Assembly (NCBI GenBank): GCA_015486075.1
Contig: WFSG01000032.1
Location: forward strand, 106,862-170,861
Direction: 5' to 3'
Source: Deltaproteobacteria bacterium
GTDB taxonomy: Bacteria > Desulfobacterota > Desulfomonilia > UBA1062
DNA: 64,000 nucleotides
Both the position numbers and the translations under genes were made by a program. Positions within the stretch are counted from its first letter, which is position 1. Each line of letters opens with the position of its first letter. This document shows, in pieces, positions 9,080-18,585 of the stretch. The notes beneath the pieces are model-generated. The model was given only the letters and a program-made list of their open reading frames with translations. It did no database searches and had not been told where the DNA came from.

Positions 9080-9773
9080 GGCTCTGGATAGGAGGCTCAG
9101 GCCTGTTGTGATTTTGTGTCATGGTATACCAAGCTCCGCGCCCGATCCTCAAGACAGAGGTTATACGCCGCTTATAGAGTCGCTGGTTGAGGCAGGTTTT
9201 CATTGTACCTTCTTTAATTTCAGGGGATGCGGGGAGTCCTGTGGCAATATTGATATGGATGGCTGGTATGAGGACTTGTGTTCAGTTATGGAAAAGATAT
9301 ACGGTATACCCGGTATTGATCCCTTCTCTGTGCATATACTAGGTTTTAGCGCAGGGGGAGCAATAGCCACAAAGATGGCTGCCTTGGATGAAAGGATAAG
9401 GAGTGTTATGCTAATGGCAACGCCGGCTGACTTCTCCATAATCCTGCCTCCTGATCCAGATTTCTTAAGACAATACTTCTTAGAGATAGGTCTAATTAAG
9501 GATAACTCTTTCCCCCCCGATATAAGGACCTGGTATGATACCTTTTTAGATCTAGACACTCCTAGATGGGTTCCCTTTCTCTCTCCCAGAAAAATATGCG
9601 TGGTGCACGGCGAGGAGGATACCTTAGTACCGGTGGAACATGCCAGGCGCATATTCTCTGCAGCGCTCAACCCCAAGAAGATCATTATATTAAAAGATGC
9701 CCCTCATCAGCTCAGGAAAGACCACAGGGTGGTGCCATTGATAAAGGAATGGTTGATGGAGGTTTCAGACTAG
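9012..9773 (+). CDS. Alpha/beta fold hydrolase
   Basis: ILCHG, FNFRGCGES, GFSAGG nucleophile elbow, VHGEEDTLVP and a C-terminal His. Confidence 0.9.
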   Translation: MRSKELQINSTGIQIKAWLFSPEALDRRLRPVVILCHGIPSSAPDPQDRGYTPLIESLVEAGFHCTFFNFRGCGESCGNIDMDGWYEDLCSVMEKIYGIPGIDPFSVHILGFSAGGAIATKMAALDERIRSVMLMATPADFSIILPPDPDFLRQYFLEIGLIKDNSFPPDIRTWYDTFLDLDTPRWVPFLSPRKICVVHGEEDTLVPVEHARRIFSAALNPKKIIILKDAPHQLRKDHRVVPLIKEWLMEVSD

Positions 9774-9807
9774 GTTGACAAGCAGGCTAGAATACACCCA
9801 CGAGAAT

Positions 9808-10452
9808 ATGTATTACCCGGTTTTCCTCGATCTCAGGGATAAACTCTGTGTCGTGATAGGTGGTGGAAGGGTGGCTCAAAGGAAGGTGGAATCACTGGTA
9901 AGTGCAGGGGCAAGGGTGAAGGTCATATCAGGTGATATACTTGATGAGATCAGCTCTATTGATGGGGTTATACTTGAGAAGAGGAAATACGAGGATGGTG
10001 ATCTTAAAGGGGCTTTTCTGGTTATAGCTGCTACCGATGATCCCGATGAAAACCTTAAGATAACTAGGGAAGCCAAGGCCAGAGGTATTCTTTTGAATGT
10101 TGTTGACAAGATAGAGCTATGCAACTTTATTATGCCTTCTGTAGTAGAAAAGGGGCCACTAAAGATCGCGATATCGACAGGTGGCTTTTCCCCTGCATTG
10201 GCAAGAAGACTACGCGTGAAGATTGGTAAATATATAGGAGAAGAGTTTGAAATCCTGGCAAGAATTCTGGCAAGGATAAGGCCCATTGTTGTTGGAATGG
10301 GTGGTGATGCTAACATGCACAAGCGTATATTCGAAGTACTTATAGATTCTTCCCTTCTAGATGCAATCCGTGAGGGTAATAGGGAGCAGGTAAATGATAT
10401 TATTTATCAGGCGCTGGGCATACAGATAGACATCGGGGACTTATTATTATGA
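9808..10452 (+). CDS. sirC: Precorrin-2 dehydrogenase / sirohydrochlorin ferrochelatase (CysG N-terminal, SirC/Met8-like)
   Basis: YYPVFLDL, VIGGGRVAQRK, NVVD..CNFIMP and AISTGGFSPALAR. Start placed at ATG 9808. Confidence 0.9.
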   Translation: MYYPVFLDLRDKLCVVIGGGRVAQRKVESLVSAGARVKVISGDILDEISSIDGVILEKRKYEDGDLKGAFLVIAATDDPDENLKITREAKARGILLNVVDKIELCNFIMPSVVEKGPLKIAISTGGFSPALARRLRVKIGKYIGEEFEILARILARIRPIVVGMGGDANMHKRIFEVLIDSSLLDAIREGNREQVNDIIYQALGIQIDIGDLLL

Positions 10453-11270
10453 GTATAATAACTATAACTAGTTTTCTATACATAGCCGCCTTAGCGGCGT
10501 TTGTAATTATGCTCCTAAGTAGAAAATCCCTGATTTTGCTCTTTGCTAGGGCCTTATTCCTGGCATCGGTAGCGTCTCACGGCATACTGATGTTGATACT
10601 TTCCATTAATCTGCACGAGGTACCTTTAAGTTCCGTTCCCCAGGCAATTAACATGATGATATTTATCTCTTCTTTGGCATTTATACCCATTGTATTGAGT
10701 AGAAAGACATACCTGTTGGGTGTTTTCTTCCTGCCGTTTGCATCTTTTGCACTACTATGGGTCTTGCCAGACATAGGCCTTTCAGCGCCTGCCACTTTCC
10801 GTTTCCACACTTATTGGTATCCGCTACATACCCTGAGCGTTATAACAGGGGAGGCTATGTTTGTGGTGGCAGCCGTAACATCTATAGTATACCTTGTTCA
10901 CGAACATATAATAAGAAAAGGGGATTTTCACTCATCGGTATCTTCATCCTTGCCTGCACTCACCCTGCTTGATAGGATCCTCTACATAAGCGTTTTAGTG
11001 GGGTTTCTGGCAATAACTTCTGGTATGATCATGGGTACACTCTGGGCACAGAGCAAGGGGCTGCACTTATCCAAGATAATGCCCAAGATAATAGCAGGGG
11101 GCATTGTATGGATCATATTTGCCGTATGTCTGCACCAGAGATTTGCCATTGGCTGGAAAGGAAGACGTACGGCAATAGTCACGCTCATAGGATTTAGCTT
11201 GATGATTGTATTACTCTTCTTAATTAACATGTTATTTCCACACGCGCATGGACTAGGTCTGTTGCTATGA
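10449..11270 (+). CDS. ccsA: Cytochrome c assembly / HemX-like membrane protein (CcsA family)
   Basis: About 8 TM segments, WYPLH, LPALTLLD, GMIMGTLWA and GWKGRR; typical position upstream of hemA. Confidence 0.8.
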   Translation: MSIITITSFLYIAALAAFVIMLLSRKSLILLFARALFLASVASHGILMLILSINLHEVPLSSVPQAINMMIFISSLAFIPIVLSRKTYLLGVFFLPFASFALLWVLPDIGLSAPATFRFHTYWYPLHTLSVITGEAMFVVAAVTSIVYLVHEHIIRKGDFHSSVSSSLPALTLLDRILYISVLVGFLAITSGMIMGTLWAQSKGLHLSKIMPKIIAGGIVWIIFAVCLHQRFAIGWKGRRTAIVTLIGFSLMIVLLFLINMLFPHAHGLGLLL

Positions 11271-12574
11271 TAAGGATAGAGTGCATCAGCATAAATTACA
11301 GGCATGTGCCTGTAGACATACTGGAAAGGGTAAGGATACCTCCAGAGGCGGTTGTACCCATGTTACCCCCGGGTTCAGAGGCATATACCTTGAACACGTG
11401 CAACCGTGCCGAGATATACTGGACAGGCATGGAAAAGCAGGGTGTCTTTAACATGGTTTCCGGACTTATAGGAGTAGCACCAGGCTACCTTGACCGTATA
11501 TCAGTGCATTTGAGAGGAGAAGACAGTGTTAGGCATCTTTTCAGGGTAGCGTCTGGCCTAGATTCTATGGTTCTTGGCGAACCCCAGATACTGGGCCAAG
11601 TGAAAGATGCTTACAAGGCTGCCCTAGATGAGCACATGGTTTCTATTATATTTAATAAGCTTCTTCACAGGGCCTTCAGGACAGCAAAGCGTATCAGAAC
11701 AGAGACAGCCATAGGCAAGTTTCCTGTTTCCGTTGCATCTGAGGCAGTGGAATTGGCATGCCACGTGTTTGATGAGATCCAGGGAAGTCAGGTTCTTGTA
11801 ATAGGCGCGGGAGAAATGGCCACGATAGCTGCAAAGAGGCTTAAGGACAGAGGGGTATCAAGGATATCTATCCTCAACCGTACCTTTGGACGCGCAAAGG
11901 AGTTGGCAGTAGAGCTGGGCGGTATGGCGCTGAGTTTCAGTGAGCTGCACGAGGCGGTGAGGACGAGTGACATTATAATCACCTCCACGGGTTCTCAGGA
12001 GCCTATAATAACAAAGGACATGATGAGCGAGATAATGAAAGAGAGACATTATAGCCCTGTAGTAATGATAGATATTGCCCTACCTAGGGATGTGGAACCC
12101 GATGTGAGTAAAGTGTACAACTGTTATCTTTATGACCTTGATTCACTGAAAAAGGTTGTTTCAGTAAACTTTACACAAAGGGAAAATGAGATTGAAAAGG
12201 CCGAAGAGATTATAGAATATGAAGTAGGAGTTTTCAGTAGGTGGTTAAAGGGGCTTAATGCTCATGGTACCATAAGGGATCTGTATAACCTGATGGAATA
12301 CTACATATCAGAGCAATTGGAGGAAAAGGCTGCTTTGGTAGGAGAAAAGGAGAAGGCTATTCTAGAAGATGCTCTCAGGTCAATGGCTAAAAGGCTTTTT
12401 AACAGGCCTGTCTCCTTTATGAAGAGATATCCCAAGCTAGACTATATAGAACATACAAGGAGGATATTCCGTCTGGATGAAGACTATCAGGATAGGCACA
12501 AGAGGCAGCAAGCTGGCACTAGCGCAGGTAGAGATAGTAATAAGCTTGATGAGAAATATAGAGGAAAATCTTGA
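11267..12574 (+). CDS. hemA: Glutamyl-tRNA reductase
   Basis: TCNRAE, HLFRVASGLDSMVLGEPQILGQVK, VIGAGEM and DIALPRD. Confidence 0.95.
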   Translation: MIRIECISINYRHVPVDILERVRIPPEAVVPMLPPGSEAYTLNTCNRAEIYWTGMEKQGVFNMVSGLIGVAPGYLDRISVHLRGEDSVRHLFRVASGLDSMVLGEPQILGQVKDAYKAALDEHMVSIIFNKLLHRAFRTAKRIRTETAIGKFPVSVASEAVELACHVFDEIQGSQVLVIGAGEMATIAAKRLKDRGVSRISILNRTFGRAKELAVELGGMALSFSELHEAVRTSDIIITSTGSQEPIITKDMMSEIMKERHYSPVVMIDIALPRDVEPDVSKVYNCYLYDLDSLKKVVSVNFTQRENEIEKAEEIIEYEVGVFSRWLKGLNAHGTIRDLYNLMEYYISEQLEEKAALVGEKEKAILEDALRSMAKRLFNRPVSFMKRYPKLDYIEHTRRIFRLDEDYQDRHKRQQAGTSAGRDSNKLDEKYRGKS

Positions 12575-13361
12575 TGTCGAGGTACGCAAGATACATACTA
12601 CCGGAGACAGGCTTGTCAATGTATCCCTTGACGAAATAGGTGGTAAGGGCCTTTTTGTAAAGGATATTGAGGAGCAATTGCTTGAAGGTGATATAGATAT
12701 TGCAGTGCACAGCCTGAAGGATATGCCAGCAGACCTTCATGAGGGTCTTTATCTAAGTGCGTTTGTTAAGAGGGACGATCCCAGGGATATGCTTTTTACA
12801 AATGGCAGTTACACACTTTATTCTTTACCCAAGGATTCTGATTTAGGCACATCTAGCTTGAGGAGAAAGTACCAGGTAAAGTCGGTAAGGCCTGACGTGA
12901 ATATCGTTAATATCAGGGGTAATGTAACTACCAGGTTAGACAAGATCGGTAAGAGTGTAGATGGTGTGATACTGGCTGCTGCAGGCATAAAACGCCTAGG
13001 ATTAAGGGCCGGTGTACCACTGGACATCAGGACCATAATTCCGGCTCCTGGACAGGGTGTAATAGCCTTGGAGACAAGGAAAGATGACAAAGATATAATA
13101 AATTTTACAAAGAACCTTGACCACGGTGCAACGAGGTTATGTGTTGAGACAGAAAGGGCATTTCTCAAGACCCTGGGTGCTGACTGCAACTTTCCAGTTG
13201 CCGCACATGCCCTTCTTGAACATGCTGATATCATTCTGCACGGCATGCTTGGGGACATGAACAGACCATACCTGATGGTACGGAAAACAGTAAGGGGTAA
13301 AGATACGTCTATAGGTAGTATTCTTGCTGAGGAACTTGTTGAAGAACTGGAGAGAAATTGA
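12477..13361 (+). CDS. hemC: Hydroxymethylbilane synthase
   Basis: IGTRGSKLALAQ, GGKGLFVK, AVHSLKD, GTSSLRR, IRGNVTTR and LGADC. Confidence 0.95.
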   Translation: MKTIRIGTRGSKLALAQVEIVISLMRNIEENLDVEVRKIHTTGDRLVNVSLDEIGGKGLFVKDIEEQLLEGDIDIAVHSLKDMPADLHEGLYLSAFVKRDDPRDMLFTNGSYTLYSLPKDSDLGTSSLRRKYQVKSVRPDVNIVNIRGNVTTRLDKIGKSVDGVILAAAGIKRLGLRAGVPLDIRTIIPAPGQGVIALETRKDDKDIINFTKNLDHGATRLCVETERAFLKTLGADCNFPVAAHALLEHADIILHGMLGDMNRPYLMVRKTVRGKDTSIGSILAEELVEELERN

Positions 13362-14848
13362 ACAGGACAAAGGTATACCTCGTTGGCACAGGACCTGGGG
13401 ACCCTGAACTCCTTACCCTGAAGGCAGAAAGGGTTATCAGGACTGCGGACGTTCTTGTGTACGACGACCTAATACCTCCCGAGGTTATGGGCCTTGTTGG
13501 AAAGCACGCTCTGACCATATATGTGGGCAAGAGGGCTGGCAAGCACAAGATGGGACAGGAGGAAATAAACGGTCTTATGGTAAAACTGGCCCTGGAAGGA
13601 AAGACCGTGGCAAGGCTTAAGGGCGGGGACCCTTGCATATTTGGAAGGTGCGGGGAAGAAGCAACTTATCTGAAGGAACATGGTGTAGATTTCGAGATCA
13701 TTCCAGGTATAAGTTCAGCAACAGCAGGACCAGTCTCGGCAGGTATACCACCTACCCACAGGCAACTGTCTTCGTCTCTCAGGATAGTTACTGCACACGA
13801 AGATCCCACGAAGAAAGATAGCCTCTTGGACTGGGAGAATTTGGCCCGGGATAAGGGCACAATTATATTTCTCATGGGTGCATCCCGCATAGGTGCCATT
13901 GCAAAGAGGCTCATTAAAGAGGGCATGGACGGGGATAGACCATGTGCTCTTATACAGGATGCAACCACGGGTTCCCAGAGGCATGTTTTATCTACCCTGG
14001 AAAAAGTAGCTGAGGATGCAGCTTTGGCAGGTATTGCTTCCCCATGTATAATGCTGGTCGGTAACGTGGCAGTTCTTGCACGAGATCTCTTCAGACCAGC
14101 CAAGCTTCCCCTTGAGGGAAGGTCTGTGCTTATAACTAGGCCCGTTCATCTCGCCTGGGAGTCTGCCCTTCTATTCTCTTCCCGCGGTGCCAAAGCATAC
14201 GTATACCCGCTCATAGAGATCTCTAAGCTCGATTTTGATATACCTAGGATAGACTCCTATGACATGTTTATTTTTACATCCCAAAACGCTGTTACTATTT
14301 TCATGGAAAGACTTTTCAGTGCTGGCCTGGATGCTAGGGTATTTGGAGGCAGGGAGATTGTGGCCATAGGACCAGGCACCACGGGCGCCCTGAATAAATA
14401 CGGCATTAGGGTTGATACTATAGCTGGGACATATACTGCAGAAGGGATAGTGGATGCCATTGGCATGAAAGACCTTAAGGGTCGATTTATATGCATTCCA
14501 AGGGCAAAGGGCGCAAGGCCTTATTTGGTTAAGGCCTTGGAGGGTATGGGTGCATATGTGAGAGAGATCTTGGTATACGAAAGCAGGATGCCGGCTAATG
14601 CATGTAAGGAAAGTTTCTACCGCGTGCTCTCTAAAGTGGAATCGGTTATATTCACTAGCCCTTCGGGTGCAAGTAATGCTTTTAAGCTTCTTGGAAAGGA
14701 TACAATACACATTCTTGCCTCGAAGACAGTTATTGCTATTGGACCTGTAACAGCCAATTTTCTTAAGGCCTCGGGCCTTGAGCCGGACTTGTCAGCAACT
14801 ATACATACAGATATGGGTATTATTGAAGCCATGAAAGGAGCAGCATAG
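13358..14848 (+). CDS. cobA: Uroporphyrinogen-III C-methyltransferase / synthase fusion (CobA-HemD)
   Basis: VYLVGTGPGDPELLT and RLKGGDP, followed by a HemD domain (FTSQNAV, AIGPGT, FTSPSG). Confidence 0.92.
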   Translation: MNRTKVYLVGTGPGDPELLTLKAERVIRTADVLVYDDLIPPEVMGLVGKHALTIYVGKRAGKHKMGQEEINGLMVKLALEGKTVARLKGGDPCIFGRCGEEATYLKEHGVDFEIIPGISSATAGPVSAGIPPTHRQLSSSLRIVTAHEDPTKKDSLLDWENLARDKGTIIFLMGASRIGAIAKRLIKEGMDGDRPCALIQDATTGSQRHVLSTLEKVAEDAALAGIASPCIMLVGNVAVLARDLFRPAKLPLEGRSVLITRPVHLAWESALLFSSRGAKAYVYPLIEISKLDFDIPRIDSYDMFIFTSQNAVTIFMERLFSAGLDARVFGGREIVAIGPGTTGALNKYGIRVDTIAGTYTAEGIVDAIGMKDLKGRFICIPRAKGARPYLVKALEGMGAYVREILVYESRMPANACKESFYRVLSKVESVIFTSPSGASNAFKLLGKDTIHILASKTVIAIGPVTANFLKASGLEPDLSATIHTDMGIIEAMKGAA

Positions 14849-16026
14849 TGATAGGCATATCAAAACTTTATTGCGGAACAGTGGAGGCATCAGACCCCAT
14901 AAGGTATGGGAGGCGTTCGAGGGCCCTCCCCGCGCACCTTTTACAGTTCTCCGAGGATAAGAAGCCTGTTATAGTCTGGAATATAACTAGCAGGTGTAAC
15001 CTCAAGTGTATTCATTGTTATGCCTCTGCAGGTGGAGGTCAGACTAAGGAACTAACCACGGAACAGGGGCTTGGTCTTATTTCGCAGCTAAAGGATTATG
15101 GCGTACCTGTTATACTTTTCTCTGGGGGAGAGCCCTTTATGAGACAGGACTTGGTACAGCTTGTGAGGTCAGCTGCAAATAGTGGTATAAGGGCAGTTAT
15201 ATCAAGTAATGGGACCCTGATAACAAGGGATATGGCAAACAGACTTGCCGACGTTGGCCTATCTTACATAGGTGTGAGCCTGGACGGGATGGAGGGAGTT
15301 AATGACAAGTTTAGGGGAGTGCAAGGTGCATTCAAGAAGGCGATGAAGGGTATGCAGAATGCCATGGCAAGCGGCATAAAGGTAGGCTTAAGGTTCACGA
15401 TGAACAAGAGGAATTATACTGAAATCCCGGCTATATTTGACCTCATGGAAGCAGAGGGTATACAGAGAATTTGCTTTTATCACTTGGTTTATACGGGACG
15501 GGCGCGAGATTTAATGGCAGAGGACCTTACGCATGAAGAAACGAGGAAGACCCTTGATCTTATAATGGAGAGGACAAGAGAGATGATAGAGAAAAAAGGC
15601 ATTGATGTTGAGGTCTTGACCGTTGATAATCATGCCGATGGTCCCTACCTATATCTTCGCATGTTAGAGGAGGGTAATAAAAGAGCACCTGATGTGTTGG
15701 ACTTGTTAAAGATGAATGGCGGTAATTCAAGCGGCCTGGGTATAGGATGCATAAACTGGGATGGAGATGTGTATCCTGATCAGTTTTGGCGTAACCACAA
15801 GTTGGGGAATATTCTGGAGAAAGAGTTCAGCGAAATATGGGAAGACAGGTCTAATGAGTTTCTAATGAAGCTCAAGAACAAGAAGCTTCATATTAAGGGT
15901 AAATGCCAGAGATGCAAATGGCTTGATGTATGTGCTGGTAATTTCCGTGCAAGGGCAGAGGCGGCGACAGGTGATCCATGGGGGGAAGATCCCGCCTGTT
16001 ACCTGACGGAAGAGGAGATTAGTTAA
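14848..16026 (+). CDS. ahbC: 12,18-didecarboxysiroheme deacetylase, radical SAM (alternative heme pathway)
   Basis: MIGISKLYCG, LLQFSEDKKPVIVWN, CNLKCIHC, VLTVDNHADG and SPASM cysteines. Confidence 0.92.
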   Translation: MIGISKLYCGTVEASDPIRYGRRSRALPAHLLQFSEDKKPVIVWNITSRCNLKCIHCYASAGGGQTKELTTEQGLGLISQLKDYGVPVILFSGGEPFMRQDLVQLVRSAANSGIRAVISSNGTLITRDMANRLADVGLSYIGVSLDGMEGVNDKFRGVQGAFKKAMKGMQNAMASGIKVGLRFTMNKRNYTEIPAIFDLMEAEGIQRICFYHLVYTGRARDLMAEDLTHEETRKTLDLIMERTREMIEKKGIDVEVLTVDNHADGPYLYLRMLEEGNKRAPDVLDLLKMNGGNSSGLGIGCINWDGDVYPDQFWRNHKLGNILEKEFSEIWEDRSNEFLMKLKNKKLHIKGKCQRCKWLDVCAGNFRARAEAATGDPWGEDPACYLTEEEIS

Positions 16027-16090
16027 TCTTATTATATTGATTTGAATGTAATCTTAATTAAAGGTATACAGATTAATGGTTTAAACTGGT

Positions 16091-16133
16091 AGTAGCCACC
16101 CCTTGTTTTTATGCAAGGGGTGGCTACTTTTTT
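16091..16133 (+). terminator. Rho-independent terminator after ahbC
   Basis: AGTAGCCACCCCTTG-N8-CAAGGGGTGGCTACT is a perfect 15-bp stem followed by a T-run. It abuts the stop codon of the convergent Cache gene. Confidence 0.85.
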
Positions 16134-16134
16134 A

Positions 16135-17451
16135 TCATGGATCTACAATCTTGTCTTCGTCGTAATGTTTGGCGGCTTCCTCGGCCTCGGGTGGTACTTC
16201 TGCATCAATTGAACGCGTTATGCCCCTTGCAAGTAGCGTGGATATTAAGAAGAGCAATATTACTGCTACGACAAGGATTATAATGATCGTGCTAATCCAT
16301 GTCTGAGCTTCTTTCTCTATCTTCTTTGATGTCTTCATTGCTTGTTCCTGGAACTTTTCTATATCCACGCCAAGTCCAACCCATCCAAAGCCACCGGGAG
16401 GAGGATAATCTTTTGAGAAGAAAGGTATTGGGGCGTATGCAACAAACTTTGTGTGACCCTCAAACTTGTATAGCTTGATGCCAGAGTGTCCTGCCGATGC
16501 ATCTTGATCAACCCCGTATAGGGCTGGATTGGTATGCCTCAGAAGCCTGAGGTTGAGTACTTGTTCGCCTTTTTTAGCCATCTCGTTACGGTTTTCCTTT
16601 GTGACAGGTGGGACTCTTTTACCGTTCTTGAGTAGTCCCTCTATGAAGTAGTCATTGGGATGTGATATGATAAAACCCCTGTTATCGACCATATATGCGT
16701 AATTTCCCGTCGACGCGTTAGCCTCAAGGACGCGTTCAGGCTGTGTGGGTATTATGTTATCCGTGAACTTGGCAAGATGCCTGGCGTCTAAGGCTAGTTC
16801 AATTACCCCTGCAAAACCATTTTTGTTGAAAATTGGCGTTGCAAACCTTATTACGCCCAAAAAACGTTTTCCCTTTTTGAAATCGAACTTGTTTACGTAC
16901 CAGCCAGTGACATGAGATATATAGACCTCTCCCTTGGAGAGGTTCTTGGCCTTGAGGAAATAATCTTCTGATTTGTAGGTGGTATTCAAGGGGTTACTTA
17001 CGTTTACCAGTTTCTCTTTAGGCACTATCTTGCCATTTACTATTTTTATCAGCTCGTTTCCCTTTTTATCTATCAGACTCATCTCCTTGTACAACGGTGC
17101 CTGTATCTTGAGGACCTTTGAATCTTTCTTCACCCAGAGAGCTTTTCTGTTCTCGTTTACAAATTTTTTGTAAGCATCTGGATCTGGTGGTAAAATCGTT
17201 GCAATCAATACATCCCTTTGCCTTTCCTTAAGGAAGTCAGCTATATCCCCAGCTATGGACTTTGCCCTCAGGAGGATTTCCTCCTGGGACTTTTTGTCCA
17301 GTACAGTAATGGCTTGTTTCTTGGATGAGCTACCCAGTTGAAATATACTGAAGGCAATAAGGGAAGATATCAACAGCAAGGGGATGACAACGAGCAGGAA
17401 GAACAGTCTCGCTACAGTGAAAAATCGTCTAGCTTTTTTGCTTTCAGCCAT
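16135..17451 (-). CDS. Stand-alone dCache-domain membrane protein (2 TM, no cytoplasmic output domain)
   Basis: TM1, a large extracytoplasmic domain (YKEMSLIDKKGNE, IRFATPIF, YAYMVDNRGFIISHP, KFVAYAPI), TM2 and a tail of about 30 aa. Confidence 0.8.
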   Translation of the reverse strand: MAESKKARRFFTVARLFFLLVVIPLLLISSLIAFSIFQLGSSSKKQAITVLDKKSQEEILLRAKSIAGDIADFLKERQRDVLIATILPPDPDAYKKFVNENRKALWVKKDSKVLKIQAPLYKEMSLIDKKGNELIKIVNGKIVPKEKLVNVSNPLNTTYKSEDYFLKAKNLSKGEVYISHVTGWYVNKFDFKKGKRFLGVIRFATPIFNKNGFAGVIELALDARHLAKFTDNIIPTQPERVLEANASTGNYAYMVDNRGFIISHPNDYFIEGLLKNGKRVPPVTKENRNEMAKKGEQVLNLRLLRHTNPALYGVDQDASAGHSGIKLYKFEGHTKFVAYAPIPFFSKDYPPPGGFGWVGLGVDIEKFQEQAMKTSKKIEKEAQTWISTIIIILVVAVILLFLISTLLARGITRSIDAEVPPEAEEAAKHYDEDKIVDP

Positions 17452-17506
17452 TCCCTACCCCCCTGACTTTTTATTGTTTTCTTGAAAACATCTAAGACCA
17501 ACTTGA

Positions 17507-17881
17507 TTAACCAAATAGAAATGTTTTGTAGGGGTTGACGTAGAGAAGTATAAGCGCAATGACAAGTGCGTAGATGGCAATTGACTCTGCCATTGCCATA
17601 CCTACCATCATAGTCATCATGATCTTCCCCTGTACACCAGGGTTTCTTCCAACCGCTTCTGATGCACCAGCCGCTGCATTACCGATACCTGCACCTGCGC
17701 CTATTGCTCCAAGCCCCATAGCAAGACCTGCTCCCACCATGGCACCTACCGAGAAGATAACCTTTATCAATGGGTCATTCTCTGTTATGGTTTCCGCTGC
17801 GAATAGGCTTGGTGAAATGCCTAGCACGAATGCAAAGACAGTGGTCAGAAACATCAATACTTTTTCGGTTTTCCGAAGCAT
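17507..17881 (-). CDS. atpE: ATP synthase F0 subunit c with N-terminal leader
   Basis: GLGAIGAGAGIG, GRNP loop and AMAESIAIYALVIALILLYVNP. ATG 17881 follows AGGAGAGAGG. Confidence 0.93.
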   Translation of the reverse strand: MLRKTEKVLMFLTTVFAFVLGISPSLFAAETITENDPLIKVIFSVGAMVGAGLAMGLGAIGAGAGIGNAAAGASEAVGRNPGVQGKIMMTMMVGMAMAESIAIYALVIALILLYVNPYKTFLFG

Positions 17882-17976
17882 AACCTCTCTCCTTTCCTTA
17901 TTTTTTATACGCACCTTTTGGATGCGCCTTTTTTCATAAATTTGCAAGAACATACACCAATTGCTGCCAGTCTTAC

Positions 17977-17992
17977 AGCAATAAATATGCCA
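17977..17992 (-). promoter_or_regulatory. Sigma54 -24/-12 promoter for atpE and the Cache gene
   Basis: Minus strand TGGCAT-ATTTA-TTGCT. Confidence 0.8.
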
Positions 17993-18019
17993 TGGCCTTG
18001 TCCACTTGGGTAGTAAGCA

Positions 18020-18032
18020 TAATACACTGATT
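18020..18032 (-). promoter_or_regulatory. IHF binding site
   Basis: Minus strand AATCAG-TGTA-TTA matches WATCAR-N4-TTR, between the promoter and the palindrome. Confidence 0.6.
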
Positions 18033-18085
18033 TCTGGACATATTTTAGATTATACTCCAAAGGACACGCTTGGTTCAATGCAACG

Positions 18086-18109
18086 TATCGTTAAATAATT
18101 TTAACGATA
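18086..18109. promoter_or_regulatory. Inverted repeat, putative enhancer (UAS) for a sigma54 activator
   Basis: TATCGTTAAA-TAAT-TTTAACGATA has perfect 10-bp arms and lies about 100 bp upstream of the -24 element. Confidence 0.6.
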
Positions 18110-18342
18110 TTTAATGAAAATTGAAACCACTGAAAGATGACCCTTGGACGTGTGGTTATATATTGAGGGTTTTTACCCTTTGCTTTTAACTAGTTGTCAG
18201 TTCTAGGCCCATTGATATTTGCGTTTATTTTATTGAAAGTATATTGAGAATATAGGGATGTGCTTGTAGTATCATGGATATTAAGCTAAACTTTTATCGG
18301 ATATGATAGATAGCTGCCTTGGCGGCCAGAGAAGGGTCTATT

Positions 18343-18513
18343 ATGAGAGAGATACTATCCGTGGCAACCTATCTTCTCGTATGGTTTGCTTGCCAGAGAG
18401 TGCTATGCATACAGAGCGGATTGACTAAGCTCATTATCTCACTTAGTGCTGCTATACTGGTATACGTAATCGTGGTTTTGATGGACCGTGTACAGAACAA
18501 CAAGGAAGAGTAA
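18343..18513 (+). CDS. Small hypothetical 2-TM membrane protein (56 aa)
   Basis: Two hydrophobic stretches and a charged tail; ATG 18343 follows GAAGGG. Confidence 0.5.
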   Translation: MREILSVATYLLVWFACQRVLCIQSGLTKLIISLSAAILVYVIVVLMDRVQNNKEE

Positions 18514-18585
18514 GTAATATAGAGTGTTCCTATATCTCAGAGAAGTGTATATCACGGTGCAAGATTTATATTAAAGCAGTTAAGT

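Noticed and set aside
12477-12574. 98-nt hemA/hemC overlap as a frameshift or fusion
   Set aside because: Both proteins are complete; the overlap is only a dispensable HemA tail.
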